DNA of 64,000 nt. Origin: an uncultured delta proteobacterium. Lineage in GTDB: Bacteria; Desulfobacterota; RBG-13-43-22. Within the stretch, counting starts at the first letter, position 1. Each line of letters opens with the position of its first letter. The DNA is taken from contig CAWJJC010000021.1 in the NCBI GenBank assembly GCA_963843145.1, positions 32,001-96,000 of the forward strand, written 5' to 3'. This document shows positions 10,848-20,152 of the stretch, piece by piece. Both the position numbers and the translations under genes were made by a program. The notes under the pieces are model-generated. The model was not told where the DNA came from, made no database searches, and saw only the letters and a list, made by a program, of their open reading frames with translations.

Positions 10848-11504
10848 TTAAATAGACGGCGGGCGGGCGGCGGAGCCGGAAGAAGGGTGGCTGTTGGCCC
10901 CCGGAGCGATCAAGCCTCCGGAAACAATCAGCTTGAAGGCCTCCTCAACGGTCATTTGAAGAAAATGCAGCTCTTTTTCCGGGGCCAGCACGTAATAACC
11001 GGTGGTGGGATTGGGGGTACAGGGGATAAAAATATGCCAGATCCGTTCGCCGGCCTGACGTTCCAGTTCACCCCGGGCCGGGCCTGCGGAGAATCCTATG
11101 GAAAATACCCCCTTTCGAGGGAATTCCAACATCACCACCTGTTTAAAATGGCCGCCCGAATTCAGGAAGATGGCCTCGGTGAATTGTTTTAAGGCCTGGT
11201 AAATATTCCGGACTATGGGAATTCGGCGTACTAAGGCCTCCCATAAACCCACCATCTTTTTCCCGGCATAATTGTGGGTCGCTATACCGACCACCAAGAG
11301 GAGAAGCGTCAAGAGGACCAGGCCCAAACCAGGGAGGTGAAACCCCAGCAGGGTGTCAGGGTGGTAGGTCTTGGGGATAACGGAAAGGAATTCATCCATG
11401 ACCCCGATCAGGGCCTGGATGATATAGATGGTGATGGCCACCGGAATGACGACGATCAGCCCGGTGAGGAGGGATTTTTTTATCCAGTTTTTTAGGCGGG
11501 ACAC
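10848..11504 (-). CDS. DUF502 family membrane protein
   Basis: Two N-terminal TM segments, IPIVRNIY, EFPRKG, FIPCTPNPTTG, IVSGG. Confidence 0.85.
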   Translation of the reverse strand: MSRLKNWIKKSLLTGLIVVIPVAITIYIIQALIGVMDEFLSVIPKTYHPDTLLGFHLPGLGLVLLTLLLLVVGIATHNYAGKKMVGLWEALVRRIPIVRNIYQALKQFTEAIFLNSGGHFKQVVMLEFPRKGVFSIGFSAGPARGELERQAGERIWHIFIPCTPNPTTGYYVLAPEKELHFLQMTVEEAFKLIVSGGLIAPGANSHPSSGSAARPPSI

Positions 11505-11516
11505 CCCGGGCCTCTA

Positions 11517-11876
11517 CTAAGCGGCTCTGAGCAAACGGCGATTCCCGGCGTCCACCTGGACGATCTTCGGTTGAAAATTCTTCAGCTCTTGTTCGTTCAG
11601 CGCAGCGTAGGTGGCAATGATGATCAGGTCCCCCACCACCCCTCTGCGGGCGGCCGCTCCGTTCAGGCAGATCTCCCCGCTTCCGCGGGCCCCTTCCACG
11701 GCATAGGTTTCAAATCGCTCCCCATTGGAAATGTTATAGACGTTGATTTGCTCAAAGGGCAGGATATCGGCGGCTTCCATCAGGTCCAGGTCTATGGTCA
11801 TACTGCCCTGGTAATGGATATTGCTATCCGTGATCGTTGCCCGATGGATTTTGGATTTTAAAAGGTGGCGCAGCAT
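11517..11876 (-). CDS. panD: Aspartate 1-decarboxylase
   Basis: [16 protein letters not shown] self-cleavage site, [16 protein letters not shown]. Confidence 0.96.
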   Translation of the reverse strand: MLRHLLKSKIHRATITDSNIHYQGSMTIDLDLMEAADILPFEQINVYNISNGERFETYAVEGARGSGEICLNGAAARRGVVGDLIIIATYAALNEQELKNFQPKIVQVDAGNRRLLRAA

Positions 11877-11878
11877 GG

Positions 11879-12727
11879 TTACTCTACCTCCAATAGATAG
11901 TTATCGATCAGTCGGGTTTTGCCGACCCGGACCGCCAGGGCTAGAATGCCCTGAGGATTGATTGTTTCCAATTCTTTCAGGGTTTGGGGGTGAACGATTT
12001 TGGCATAGTCGATCCGATTTTCCGGGTGGCTGGACAGGACCTGGGTTACTTCGGCCAGGATTGATCCGGTTTCCCGTTCTCCCTCTCGGCACCTTTTTTG
12101 GGCGGCTGAAATGGACTGAGAGAGGGACAGGGCGGCCATTCGGTCCTCCGCTGAAAGATACACATTTCTGGAGCTCATGGCCAACCCGTCGGCTTCCCGA
12201 ACAGTCGGTCGGCCGATGACCTCGATGTCCATATTCAGGTCCCGGACCATTTGCTTAATGGTGACCACCTGTTGGTAGTCCTTCAGCCCGAAAATCGCCA
12301 TGTGTGGTTTAACTAATTGAAACAACTTGCAAACAATGGTAGCTACCCCTCGGAAATGCCCCGGCCGACTGGCCCCGCATAAGCCCTGAGTGACCTCCTC
12401 CACGGAAACGTACGTCTGATAGTCCTCCGGGTAAAGGTCTTCATGGCGGGGGGTAAAGAGGATATCCATCCCCGCCTCTTCGGCTAGTTGACGGTCCCGC
12501 TCGAAGTCGCGGGGGTATTTTTCGAAATCCTCCCCGACCCCGAACTGCAAGGGGTTGACGAACAGACTGACCACTACCTTATCGGCCACTTCCCGGCCGT
12601 GGTTCATTAAATTTAGGTGGCCGGAGTGGAAAAAACCCATGGTCGGCACCAAGGCAATCGTCCTCCCGGTCCGACGTTGATTATCCGCCCAGGATTGCAT
12701 GACTTTAAGTTCTTGAATGATTTCCAT
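11879..12727 (-). CDS. panC: Pantoate--beta-alanine ligase
   Basis: [39 protein letters not shown]. Confidence 0.96.
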   Translation of the reverse strand: MEIIQELKVMQSWADNQRRTGRTIALVPTMGFFHSGHLNLMNHGREVADKVVVSLFVNPLQFGVGEDFEKYPRDFERDRQLAEEAGMDILFTPRHEDLYPEDYQTYVSVEEVTQGLCGASRPGHFRGVATIVCKLFQLVKPHMAIFGLKDYQQVVTIKQMVRDLNMDIEVIGRPTVREADGLAMSSRNVYLSAEDRMAALSLSQSISAAQKRCREGERETGSILAEVTQVLSSHPENRIDYAKIVHPQTLKELETINPQGILALAVRVGKTRLIDNYLLEVE

Positions 12728-12744
12728 ATGCGAGTCCATCAAAC

Positions 12745-12828
12745 AAAAAAAACCCCCGGACTTCTCCCAGAGGCTGTTCAGCGCTTTTTCAGGAAGTCTC
12801 AGTCCAATCCGCTTGGATCCAAGCCGCC
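12745..12828 (-). promoter_or_regulatory. pan-motif-like 5' leader RNA with intrinsic terminator
   Basis: Minus strand GCUUGGAUCC...GGACUGAGAC, then CCUCUGG-GAGAAGU-CCGGGGG-UUUUUUU, directly upstream of panC; the pan motif is known upstream of pantothenate genes. Confidence 0.65.
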
Positions 12829-12845
12829 AAATTAAATTATTGAAT

Positions 12846-12874
12846 AGTATAATTTTTTTAATTCAGAATGTCAA
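12846..12874 (-). promoter_or_regulatory. Sigma70 promoter for the panCD-DUF502 unit
   Basis: TTGACA-17 nt-TATACT. Confidence 0.75.
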
Positions 12875-12929
12875 CTATTGTGATGGTCTTTTATAATCAG
12901 GAAGAAGGACTTCTCCGAAGAGAGTTTTC

Positions 12930-12958
12930 TTGACGGCTGGAACCCTTCTGGTTATACT
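12930..12958 (+). promoter_or_regulatory. Divergent sigma70 promoter
   Basis: TTGACG-17 nt-TATACT. Confidence 0.6.
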
Positions 12959-12985
12959 CTTTATTATGCTGATGTTATTAGTATT

Positions 12986-13126
12986 ATGGCGACCTTGAAA
13001 ACCACCGATTCCATCCAGGAATATCCCCGGCAGATTCGGAACCGTAAGCTATTAGAAGGACTGCAGCAGGGCGGTTCCGAAGAAATAGACCGCCAGGAAA
13101 AAGGGTTGGCGGACGGAAAGAAGTAG
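12986..13126 (+). CDS. Possible small protein (46 aa) or gene remnant
   Basis: MATLKTTDSIQEYPRQIRNRKLLEGLQQ...DGKK* just downstream of a consensus promoter; same frame stays open after the TAG to 13336. Confidence 0.3.
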   Translation: MATLKTTDSIQEYPRQIRNRKLLEGLQQGGSEEIDRQEKGLADGKK

Positions 13127-13325
13127 CATTATCTCCACCTTTTGCTCGAATTACGGGAAAGGCAATCTAATCAGGGGGGATACTCCCTACCCGTACCAGT
13201 AGGCAACTTTAATCACCAACCCCTTGTGATTTGTTCGCTGAGAAGAATTAGGTCTTCAAATGGATTTTACCATTTTTTGCGAGAGCTTAGGAAACTCGGA
13301 GGGTATTTCAGAGGGTTGAATTCCC

Positions 13326-13353
13326 TTGACATATAACGACTTTTGATTATAGT
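13326..13353 (+). promoter_or_regulatory. Sigma70 promoter for the yceD-rpmF-plsX-fab operon
   Basis: TTGACA-16 nt-TATAGT. Confidence 0.6.
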
Positions 13354-13385
13354 AAACAGTTTATTTTAATTGCGGATAGACTTTG

Positions 13386-13922
13386 ATGGCTGATTTAGCC
13401 CCGAAGACGAAAATTATCCCGGTAGAAGCCATCCTCCGGGAGCGGTTGACCATTAACCAGGTCCTTGACCGGGACTGGTTAAAAGAGCAGATCCGGGAAA
13501 GAAATCTGGACTTTTCCCCCGTTGGAGCGTTCTCTTTGGCCGGAGATCTTTTCGCTGCCGGATCGGAGATTTTTTTTCGAGGACGCCTGAAAGCGGAGTT
13601 TCGTCTTTCCTGCGGTCGGTGCCTGGAAGAATTCAGCATCAAAATGGACGATCCGCTGGAAGCCCAATGGCGGGTGTTCAGTCCCCCAGGGTCGAAAGGC
13701 GGCGGGAACCCGGATCAAAGGATTCAGTTGGAGGACCTGGAGACCGGGGTCAGGCAGGAAGAAGGGATTGATCTTTGGGAGACGATGCTGGAACAGGTTA
13801 TCCTGCATCTTCCCATGCGGCCTTTGTGCCGTGATTCCTGTCAAGGTTTGTGTCCGGTCTGCGGCGAAAATAGAAATATCCACCCCTGCCGGTGCGGAGA
13901 AAAGGGGAAAAACAACATTTGA
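13386..13922 (+). CDS. yceD: DUF177/YceD family protein
   Basis: CGRCLEE, LPMRPLC...CQGLCPVCG motifs; position upstream of rpmF. Confidence 0.9.
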   Translation: MADLAPKTKIIPVEAILRERLTINQVLDRDWLKEQIRERNLDFSPVGAFSLAGDLFAAGSEIFFRGRLKAEFRLSCGRCLEEFSIKMDDPLEAQWRVFSPPGSKGGGNPDQRIQLEDLETGVRQEEGIDLWETMLEQVILHLPMRPLCRDSCQGLCPVCGENRNIHPCRCGEKGKNNI

Positions 13923-14077
13923 CGGACTCGCAAAAAGTCCGTCAGCAGCCCGAGCGCGGTTAAGCGCCGGGCTGGGGTGAGGGTGGTACCATTTGAATTC
14001 ACTTCAAATGGCGGGGGAGGGGAAGCCCTTCCCCGCCGAGCAGAAAGTCGTTTTTAGACTTTTTGCGAGGTCATCAA
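13919..14077. mobile_element. 159-bp MITE-like element
   Basis: Terminal inverted repeats ttgacggactcgcaaaaagtc / gactttttgcgaggtcatcaa, flanked by CAT direct repeats; internal hairpins; no transposase. Confidence 0.7.
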
Positions 14078-14128
14078 CATTTGATGGTTTAAGAAAAATT
14101 CAGCTTAGCTGATTCTGGAGGAAACGCA

Positions 14129-14311
14129 ATGGCTTTACCTAAAAGAAGACATTCCCGGTCGCGGCAGGGAAAAAGGCGGGCCCATGATGCCTTGACGGCT
14201 CCGTCTCTGTCCGTCTGCCCGCAGTGCCACGAACCCAAACTCCCCCATTTTGTCTGTCCCTCCTGCGGGATCTATCGTGGGCGGAAAGTGGTTGTTCAGG
14301 AAGAGGAATAG
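14129..14311 (+). CDS. rpmF: 50S ribosomal protein L32
   Basis: [23 protein letters not shown]...HFVCPSCG. Confidence 0.97.
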   Translation: MALPKRRHSRSRQGKRRAHDALTAPSLSVCPQCHEPKLPHFVCPSCGIYRGRKVVVQEEE

Positions 14312-14349
14312 GGATCAGCGCGGGTCCATCCGGCTTGGGGAATCAATTT

Positions 14350-15414
14350 TTGAATCCGATTAGAATTGCCGTCGATGCCATGGGCGGGGATCAGGCGCCG
14401 AGCGCCGCGGTACTGGGGGCTGTTCTGGCCACCAGGGAGCTGGGCATCCCTATTGTCCTGGTGGGGAACCCCGAGGCCATTAAGCAGGGGTTGGCCGGAC
14501 AAACATTTAACCGGGAGCTGATTACCATCCACCCGGCTGCGCAGGTGGCCGAGATGAGCGATGCCCCCATCGAGGTCATTCGAAAAAAGAAGGATGCCTC
14601 CATTCGGGTGGCCTTGGAGCTGGTCAAAAAGGGGGAAGTCCAGGGGGTAGTCAGCGCCGGGAACTCCGGCGCCACCATGGCCTTAAGCGTAGTGGTCCTG
14701 GGCAAGCTGCCCGGGGTGGACCGTCCGGCCTTAGGGGCTATTTTACCTTCACCCCATACCCCGACGCTGGTCATCGACGTAGGGGCCAATGTAGATTGTT
14801 CGGCATCCCAGTTGATCCAGTTCGCCATCATGGCCGAACCCCTGGCTCGGTATATCATGAAACGGCCCAATCCCCGGATCGGCCTGTTGAGCATCGGGGA
14901 GGAAGAGTCCAAAGGAAATGAACTGGTTCACCAGACCTTCGAGGGGTTGAAGAAGACCCCCCTGAATTTCGTCGGCAATGTGGAAGGGCGAGACCTTTTC
15001 AGCGGGAAGGTCGACGTGATCGTTTGCGACGGATTCGTGGGGAATGTCTGCCTTAAATTGAGTGAGGGACTGGCCGAAGCCCTTGGCCAGATGCTGAAGC
15101 AAGAAGTCCTGAAAGCGGGCCTGGTTTCCAAGCTGGGGTCTCAATTGATGAAGCCGGCGTTTAATCGTTTTTTTAAAAGGGTGGATTACGCCGAAGAGGG
15201 AGGGGTTCCTCTTCTGGGGGTCAACGGGGTAGTGGTTATCAGCCACGGGGCTTCCGGACCCAAGGCCATCATGAATGCCGTTCGGGTGGCCCGGCGGGCG
15301 GTTGAGAACCGGATCATCGACCAGGTTCTCGATTCCTTGAACCGGCACGAGCCTTTCTATCGAAGAAATAAACCCCAACGCTTTTGGGAGAGCTTCCGGA
15401 AGAAAACCGGCTAA
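14350..15414 (+). CDS. plsX: Phosphate acyltransferase
   Basis: IAVDAMGGDQAP, SAGNSGA, DVGANVD, GEEESKG, CDGFVGN; TTG start inferred. Confidence 0.95.
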   Translation: MNPIRIAVDAMGGDQAPSAAVLGAVLATRELGIPIVLVGNPEAIKQGLAGQTFNRELITIHPAAQVAEMSDAPIEVIRKKKDASIRVALELVKKGEVQGVVSAGNSGATMALSVVVLGKLPGVDRPALGAILPSPHTPTLVIDVGANVDCSASQLIQFAIMAEPLARYIMKRPNPRIGLLSIGEEESKGNELVHQTFEGLKKTPLNFVGNVEGRDLFSGKVDVIVCDGFVGNVCLKLSEGLAEALGQMLKQEVLKAGLVSKLGSQLMKPAFNRFFKRVDYAEEGGVPLLGVNGVVVISHGASGPKAIMNAVRVARRAVENRIIDQVLDSLNRHEPFYRRNKPQRFWESFRKKTG

Positions 15415-15430
15415 CCACGGGTCGGAAGAC

Positions 15431-15510
15431 GAGATCCTTCGCTTTGCTCAGGATGACAGTGGAGCGAAGGGCTCAGGATGAAAGATTGGGACTTTTCGCA
15501 AGAATATCAG
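15431..15510. repeat. REP-like palindrome followed by a degenerate MITE end
   Basis: ccttcgct...agcgaagg inverted pair, gctcaggatga twice, then ggacttttcgcaagaatatca resembling the right TIR at 14057. Confidence 0.55.
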
Positions 15511-15561
15511 GTAATACCAATCAAAAATATCTCTGGTTCAAATTGTTAAGAGGGGTTCAAC

Positions 15562-16719
15562 ATGGATTACTTCCTGACCGAAGAGCAGCAGATGATCAAA
15601 GAGATTGCCCGAAAAATCGCCGACGAGCGCATCAAACCGGTTCGGGCTGAATTGGATGAAAAGGAGGAATTCCCCTGGGATATTCTTAAGCTGATCGGCC
15701 AGTCGGACCTCTTTGGCGTCTATATACCCCAGGAATACGGCGGTTTCGGGGGAGGAAGCTTCGAAAATTGTCTGGCCGTGGAGGAATTGTCCCGGGCCTG
15801 TCTGGGTGTTTCCACCAGTTACGCGGCCAGCGCCCTGGGGGCGTACCCGCTCCTTTTATACGGCAACGAAGAGCAGAAGAAAAGATATTTGCCCGAAATC
15901 GCCAGCGGCCGGAAGCTGGCCGCTTTCGCGCTGACCGAATCCACGGCCGGCAGTGACGCCAGCGGCATCATGACTACGGCGGAATTAAAGGGAAACGACT
16001 ATATCCTCAACGGCACGAAACAATGGATTACCAATGGGGGCGAGGCGGAGATCTATACCGTGATCGCCATCACCGACCGCAGCAAGGGCCCTCGCGGGGC
16101 CAGCGCCTTTGTCCTGGAAAAGGGCGATCCCGGTTTTGATTTCGGTAAGAAAGAAAGTAAGATGGGTATACGGGCTTCGGCCACCCGGGAACTGATTTTC
16201 AACCAATGCCGGATCCCCAAAGACCGGTTGATCGCCCGGGAGGGGATGGGTTTTATCGTGGCCATGAAAACCTTCGACCAGTCCCGTCCCGGGGTGGGGG
16301 CTCAAGGGGTCGGCCTGGCCCAGGGGGCGCTGGAGGAGGCCGTTCAATACGCCCGTACCCGCGTCCAATTCGGCAAACCCATTATTGCCTTTCAAGCCAT
16401 CCAACACCTGCTGGCTGACATGGCTACGCTGACCGAGGCGGCCCGAGCCCTGGTCTACTCGGTGGCCCGGTATGTCGACAGCGGGGCCAAGGAGGTATCC
16501 AAGGTGTCCGCCATGGCCAAAGTCTTCGCCAGCGACACGGCCATGAAAGTGACTACCGACGCCGTTCAAGTTTTTGGAGGGACCGGATACATGCGGGATT
16601 ACCCGGTTGAAAAGATGATGCGTGATGCCAAGATCCTGCAAATCTACGAAGGCACCAACCAGGTTCAGCGCAACATCATCGGCCAGGAGCTGAATAAAGA
16701 AGGCGGAAGGAAAAAATAA
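15562..16719 (+). CDS. Acyl-CoA dehydrogenase (butyryl-CoA dehydrogenase/CarC-like)
   Basis: FALTESTAGSD, GTKQWITNG, KMGIRAS, RVQFGKPI, QIYEGTNQVQR (catalytic Glu). Confidence 0.93.
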   Translation: MDYFLTEEQQMIKEIARKIADERIKPVRAELDEKEEFPWDILKLIGQSDLFGVYIPQEYGGFGGGSFENCLAVEELSRACLGVSTSYAASALGAYPLLLYGNEEQKKRYLPEIASGRKLAAFALTESTAGSDASGIMTTAELKGNDYILNGTKQWITNGGEAEIYTVIAITDRSKGPRGASAFVLEKGDPGFDFGKKESKMGIRASATRELIFNQCRIPKDRLIAREGMGFIVAMKTFDQSRPGVGAQGVGLAQGALEEAVQYARTRVQFGKPIIAFQAIQHLLADMATLTEAARALVYSVARYVDSGAKEVSKVSAMAKVFASDTAMKVTTDAVQVFGGTGYMRDYPVEKMMRDAKILQIYEGTNQVQRNIIGQELNKEGGRKK

Positions 16720-16903
16720 ACTCGAAATTCGAAGCACGAAATCGACTCGGCTGAGCCTTTCGGTAAACTCAAGGCCCTGAGCTTGTCGAAGGGCTCGTCG
16801 CAGGCCGAAACAAACACCAAGGCTCAAAACCCAAATGATCAAAACTAAAACGTTTAGAATCTTGAATCTCGGTCATTTGGATTTGTTTCGGTTTTCGGAT
16901 TTA
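16718..16903. repeat. Heptamer-periodic hairpin repeat carrying a 62-bp nested insert (16744-16805)
   Basis: Aligns with 8132-8268; insert is identical to 27361-27422. Confidence 0.8.
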
Positions 16904-16933
16904 TCCAAAGAAGATAAGAAAAACCAATAACTT

Positions 16934-17734
16934 ATGCATATCATAGTTTGTTTGAAACAAGTCCCCGATGCCCGGCAGGTCAAGCTGGATCCGGAGACCC
17001 ACACCCTGATTCGTTCCGGGGTGGAAAGCATCATCAATCCGTACGATATGTATGCCCTGGAAGAAGGGTTGCGGATCAAAGAGCGGTTGGAAGGCACCGT
17101 GACGGTGCTGACCATGGGCCCGCCGCAGGCCGAAGCCGCGTTACGGGAGGCCATTTCCTACGGGGCGGATGAGGCGGTACTGCTTTCGGACCGGGCCTTT
17201 GCCGGGGCCGATACCTGGGCGACTACCTATACCCTGGCTCGGGGCGTTGAAAAAATCGGGCCCTTTGATTTGATCCTTTGCGGCAAGCAGGCCGTTGACG
17301 GGGACACCGCCCAGGTAGGACCCGGGCTGGCCGAACGGCTTTCTCTGCCTTATGCTGCCTGGGTGAGAAAGATCGAAACCCTGGAGCAGGGGTTGATCCG
17401 GGTCCAACGCCTGATGGATGACGGCTACGATCGTCTGGAACTTGCCCTTCCGGCCCTGCTGACCGTGGTTAAGGAGATCAATGAACCCCGGGTTCCTTCA
17501 TTAAAAGGGAAGATGCGGGCCAAGAGTCAAAAGATCCCCCTTTACGGCGCAGCCGATATCGGGGCCGATCCCCAGCAGACCGGTCTGGCCGGTTCCTATA
17601 CCCAGGTCATTCGGATTTTCGCCCCGGTGCGCGCCCGGGAAAAGGAGTGGTTGACGGGTTCGGTGGAGAACCAGGTGGGGCAGCTCCTTCAAAAATTATC
17701 CGCCCGGCAATTAATACCTGCTGCTATTTCCTGA
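16934..17734 (+). CDS. etfB: Electron transfer flavoprotein beta subunit
   Basis: KQVPD, INPYD, MGPPQA, SDRAFAGADT, GKQAVDGDTAQVGP, EINEPR. Confidence 0.95.
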   Translation: MHIIVCLKQVPDARQVKLDPETHTLIRSGVESIINPYDMYALEEGLRIKERLEGTVTVLTMGPPQAEAALREAISYGADEAVLLSDRAFAGADTWATTYTLARGVEKIGPFDLILCGKQAVDGDTAQVGPGLAERLSLPYAAWVRKIETLEQGLIRVQRLMDDGYDRLELALPALLTVVKEINEPRVPSLKGKMRAKSQKIPLYGAADIGADPQQTGLAGSYTQVIRIFAPVRAREKEWLTGSVENQVGQLLQKLSARQLIPAAIS

Positions 17735-17750
17735 TCGAGGTCGGCGCACG

Positions 17751-18950
17751 ATGGGTTCTGAAATTTTGATCGACTTAGAGCGGTGTTCCGGTTGCGAAAG
17801 CTGTCTGGAAGTCTGCCCCTTCAGTGCGCTGGAATGGCGCGACGGAAAACCGGTGGTCAACGACCAATGCACGCTCTGCGGGGCCTGCGCCGAGGTTTGC
17901 CCGGAAGAAGCGATTACCCTTCCGGAAAGGGCTTCGGCGAGCGGTCCGGAAGCAGGCTATCAGGGCGTGATGGTTTTTGCCGAACAGCGTCTGGGGCGAT
18001 TGGCGGATGTGGCCTTTGAACTGCTGGCGAAGGGCCGCGAATTGGCCGGTACCCTGGGCGTGAACCTGACGGCGGCCTTATTGGGGCGGAATCTGGCCCC
18101 CTTGGCGGCGGAGCTGGTGGCGCAGGGGGCCGATCGGGTCTATACGGTGGATCATCCCCGGGTGGAGGGATTTACCGACGAAGCTTACGGGGAGGCCCTG
18201 ACCCAGATTATCCGGACGGTTCGGCCGGAAATCCTGCTGGCCGGCGCAACCTCCGTCGGCCGTTCCTTTATCCCCAAAGTGGCCACCCAGGTGGGCACGG
18301 GGTTGACGGCCGACTGCACCGATTTAACTATCGATCCGGAAAAAAAACATCTGCTGCAGACCCGTCCGGCCTTTGGGGGCAATATTATGGCCACCATTAT
18401 CTGTCCGCGGAGGCGTCCGCAAATGGCCACGGTCAGAGCCCGGGTGATGAAACGAGGGGCGGTACAGCCCGGACGACCCGGGGAAGTGGTCCCCTTTGAG
18501 GTGGATTGGAAACGGGTGCCCGGTAAAACCAGGCTGCTGGAAATTGTCGAAGAACTTACGGAGAAAGTGCGGCTGGCCGAAGCCGATATTATCGTGACGG
18601 GAGGCCGGGGTTTGCAGGAGGGAAAAAATTTTTCTCTGATCCGGGAATTGGCCGATTGTCTGGGCGCGGCCGTGGGGGCCTCCCGGGGGGCGGTGGATTC
18701 GGACTGGATTCCCTACGCCCATCAAGTGGGGCAAACCGGGAAGACCGTGGCCCCTAAATTGTATCTGGCCGTCGGCGTTTCCGGGGCGGTCCAGCATTTG
18801 GTGGGCATGCAGTCCTCCGAAACCATTGTGGCCGTGAACATTGATCCCCAGGCCCCTATCTTTGACGTGGCCACCTATGGTATAGTGGGCGACCTTTTTG
18901 AGGTGGTCCCGGAGATGATCCGGCAATTAAAAGCGGCCGGGGGGCGGTAA
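17751..18950 (+). CDS. etfA: Electron transfer flavoprotein alpha subunit with N-terminal 2x[4Fe-4S] ferredoxin domain
   Basis: [12 protein letters not shown] and [12 protein letters not shown]; [31 protein letters not shown]. Confidence 0.95.
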   Translation: MGSEILIDLERCSGCESCLEVCPFSALEWRDGKPVVNDQCTLCGACAEVCPEEAITLPERASASGPEAGYQGVMVFAEQRLGRLADVAFELLAKGRELAGTLGVNLTAALLGRNLAPLAAELVAQGADRVYTVDHPRVEGFTDEAYGEALTQIIRTVRPEILLAGATSVGRSFIPKVATQVGTGLTADCTDLTIDPEKKHLLQTRPAFGGNIMATIICPRRRPQMATVRARVMKRGAVQPGRPGEVVPFEVDWKRVPGKTRLLEIVEELTEKVRLAEADIIVTGGRGLQEGKNFSLIRELADCLGAAVGASRGAVDSDWIPYAHQVGQTGKTVAPKLYLAVGVSGAVQHLVGMQSSETIVAVNIDPQAPIFDVATYGIVGDLFEVVPEMIRQLKAAGGR

Positions 18951-18967
18951 AGCCTAAGGGAGAGCGT

Positions 18968-19711
18968 ATGTCGGAACAGATGATAATATTAATTACCGGA
19001 GCTTCCCGAGGGATCGGCCGGGCCATCGCCCTGCGGCTGGCCCAGCCGGGGGTAGTCCTCCTGTTGAACCATTACGACCGGGAACCGGACGCGGCCGAAC
19101 ACACACTGCAGGACGTTGTGGAGCGGGGCGCTCAGGGGAAGATTTACTATTACAATGTGGCCGAATTCCAGGAAACCCAAGCTCAGGTGGAAGGGATGCT
19201 GGCGGAATGGGGTCGGATCGAGGTGCTGGTTAATAATGCCGGCATCACCCGAGACACCCTGTTGATGCGCATGAAGGAAGAAGATTGGGACCTGGTGCTG
19301 AACATCAATCTCAAGGGGGTTTATAATTCCACCCAGGCGGTCATTCGTTCCATGATTAAAAATAAGTTCGGTAAGATCGTCAATATCGCCTCGGTGGTCG
19401 GAGCCATAGGAAATGCCGGGCAATCCAATTACGCCGCTTCCAAGGCGGGGATCATCGGGTTCAGCAAATCGGTGGCTAAGGAAGTGGCCGGTCGGGGCAT
19501 TACGGTCAACGCCGTGGCCCCCGGCTTTATCGACACGGAAATGACCGCCGTTCTGCCTGCACCGGTACGCCAGGAGTTTTTGAAATCCATCCCCATGGGC
19601 CGCAGCGGGCAACCCGAGGAGGTGGCCGAACTGGTGGCCTTCCTGATCTCGGGAGCGGCCGCGTATATTACCGGCCAGGTGATTCATATCAACGGGGGGA
19701 TGTATATGTGA
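18968..19711 (+). CDS. fabG: 3-oxoacyl-ACP reductase
   Basis: TGASRGIG, NNAGITRD, NYAASK; position before acpP. Confidence 0.95.
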   Translation: MSEQMIILITGASRGIGRAIALRLAQPGVVLLLNHYDREPDAAEHTLQDVVERGAQGKIYYYNVAEFQETQAQVEGMLAEWGRIEVLVNNAGITRDTLLMRMKEEDWDLVLNINLKGVYNSTQAVIRSMIKNKFGKIVNIASVVGAIGNAGQSNYAASKAGIIGFSKSVAKEVAGRGITVNAVAPGFIDTEMTAVLPAPVRQEFLKSIPMGRSGQPEEVAELVAFLISGAAAYITGQVIHINGGMYM

Positions 19712-19780
19712 GGGGCTCGGACGAGCCCCCCCATATGAATCCTGAAAATAAGGGGGCGACATTATCCTAAGTAAGTGAGA

Positions 19781-19821
19781 TCAATAATTAATAATCAATT
19801 GTTAATTATTAACTATTAATG
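19781..19821. repeat. AT-rich period-7 imperfect palindrome upstream of acpP
   Basis: tcaataattaataatcaattgttaattattaactattaa; similar to 7001-7066. Confidence 0.5.
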
Positions 19822-19891
19822 AGAGCCTTGTGGTGCCGAATATATATTTTCATAATAAAGTAAGTAAGCAAGTAAAGGAGGGTAATCACCC

Positions 19892-20125
19892 ATGACTGTC
19901 GAAGAAAAAGTAAAGGCTATTATTCGTGAACAGTTGAGTGTTTCCGAGGAGGACGTGGTTTCCCAGGCCTCCTTTGTGGATGATTTGGGAGCGGATTCTT
20001 TGGACCTGGTGGAAATGATCATGGCCATGGAGGAAGCCTTCAATATTTCGATTGCTGATGAAGATGCCGAGAAAATAAAAACCGTTCAAGACGCCATAAA
20101 TTATGTGCAGGAACATTCCAAGTAA
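19892..20125 (+). CDS. acpP: Acyl carrier protein
   Basis: [11 protein letters not shown] phosphopantetheine site. Confidence 0.97.
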   Translation: MTVEEKVKAIIREQLSVSEEDVVSQASFVDDLGADSLDLVEMIMAMEEAFNISIADEDAEKIKTVQDAINYVQEHSK

Positions 20126-20152
20126 CGGGAAGCAAAAACCCTGCTCCCCGGT

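Noticed and set aside
13124-13126. Pyrrolysine read-through of the in-frame TAG
   Set aside because: No pyl genes in the window and no recognisable protein family across the stop.
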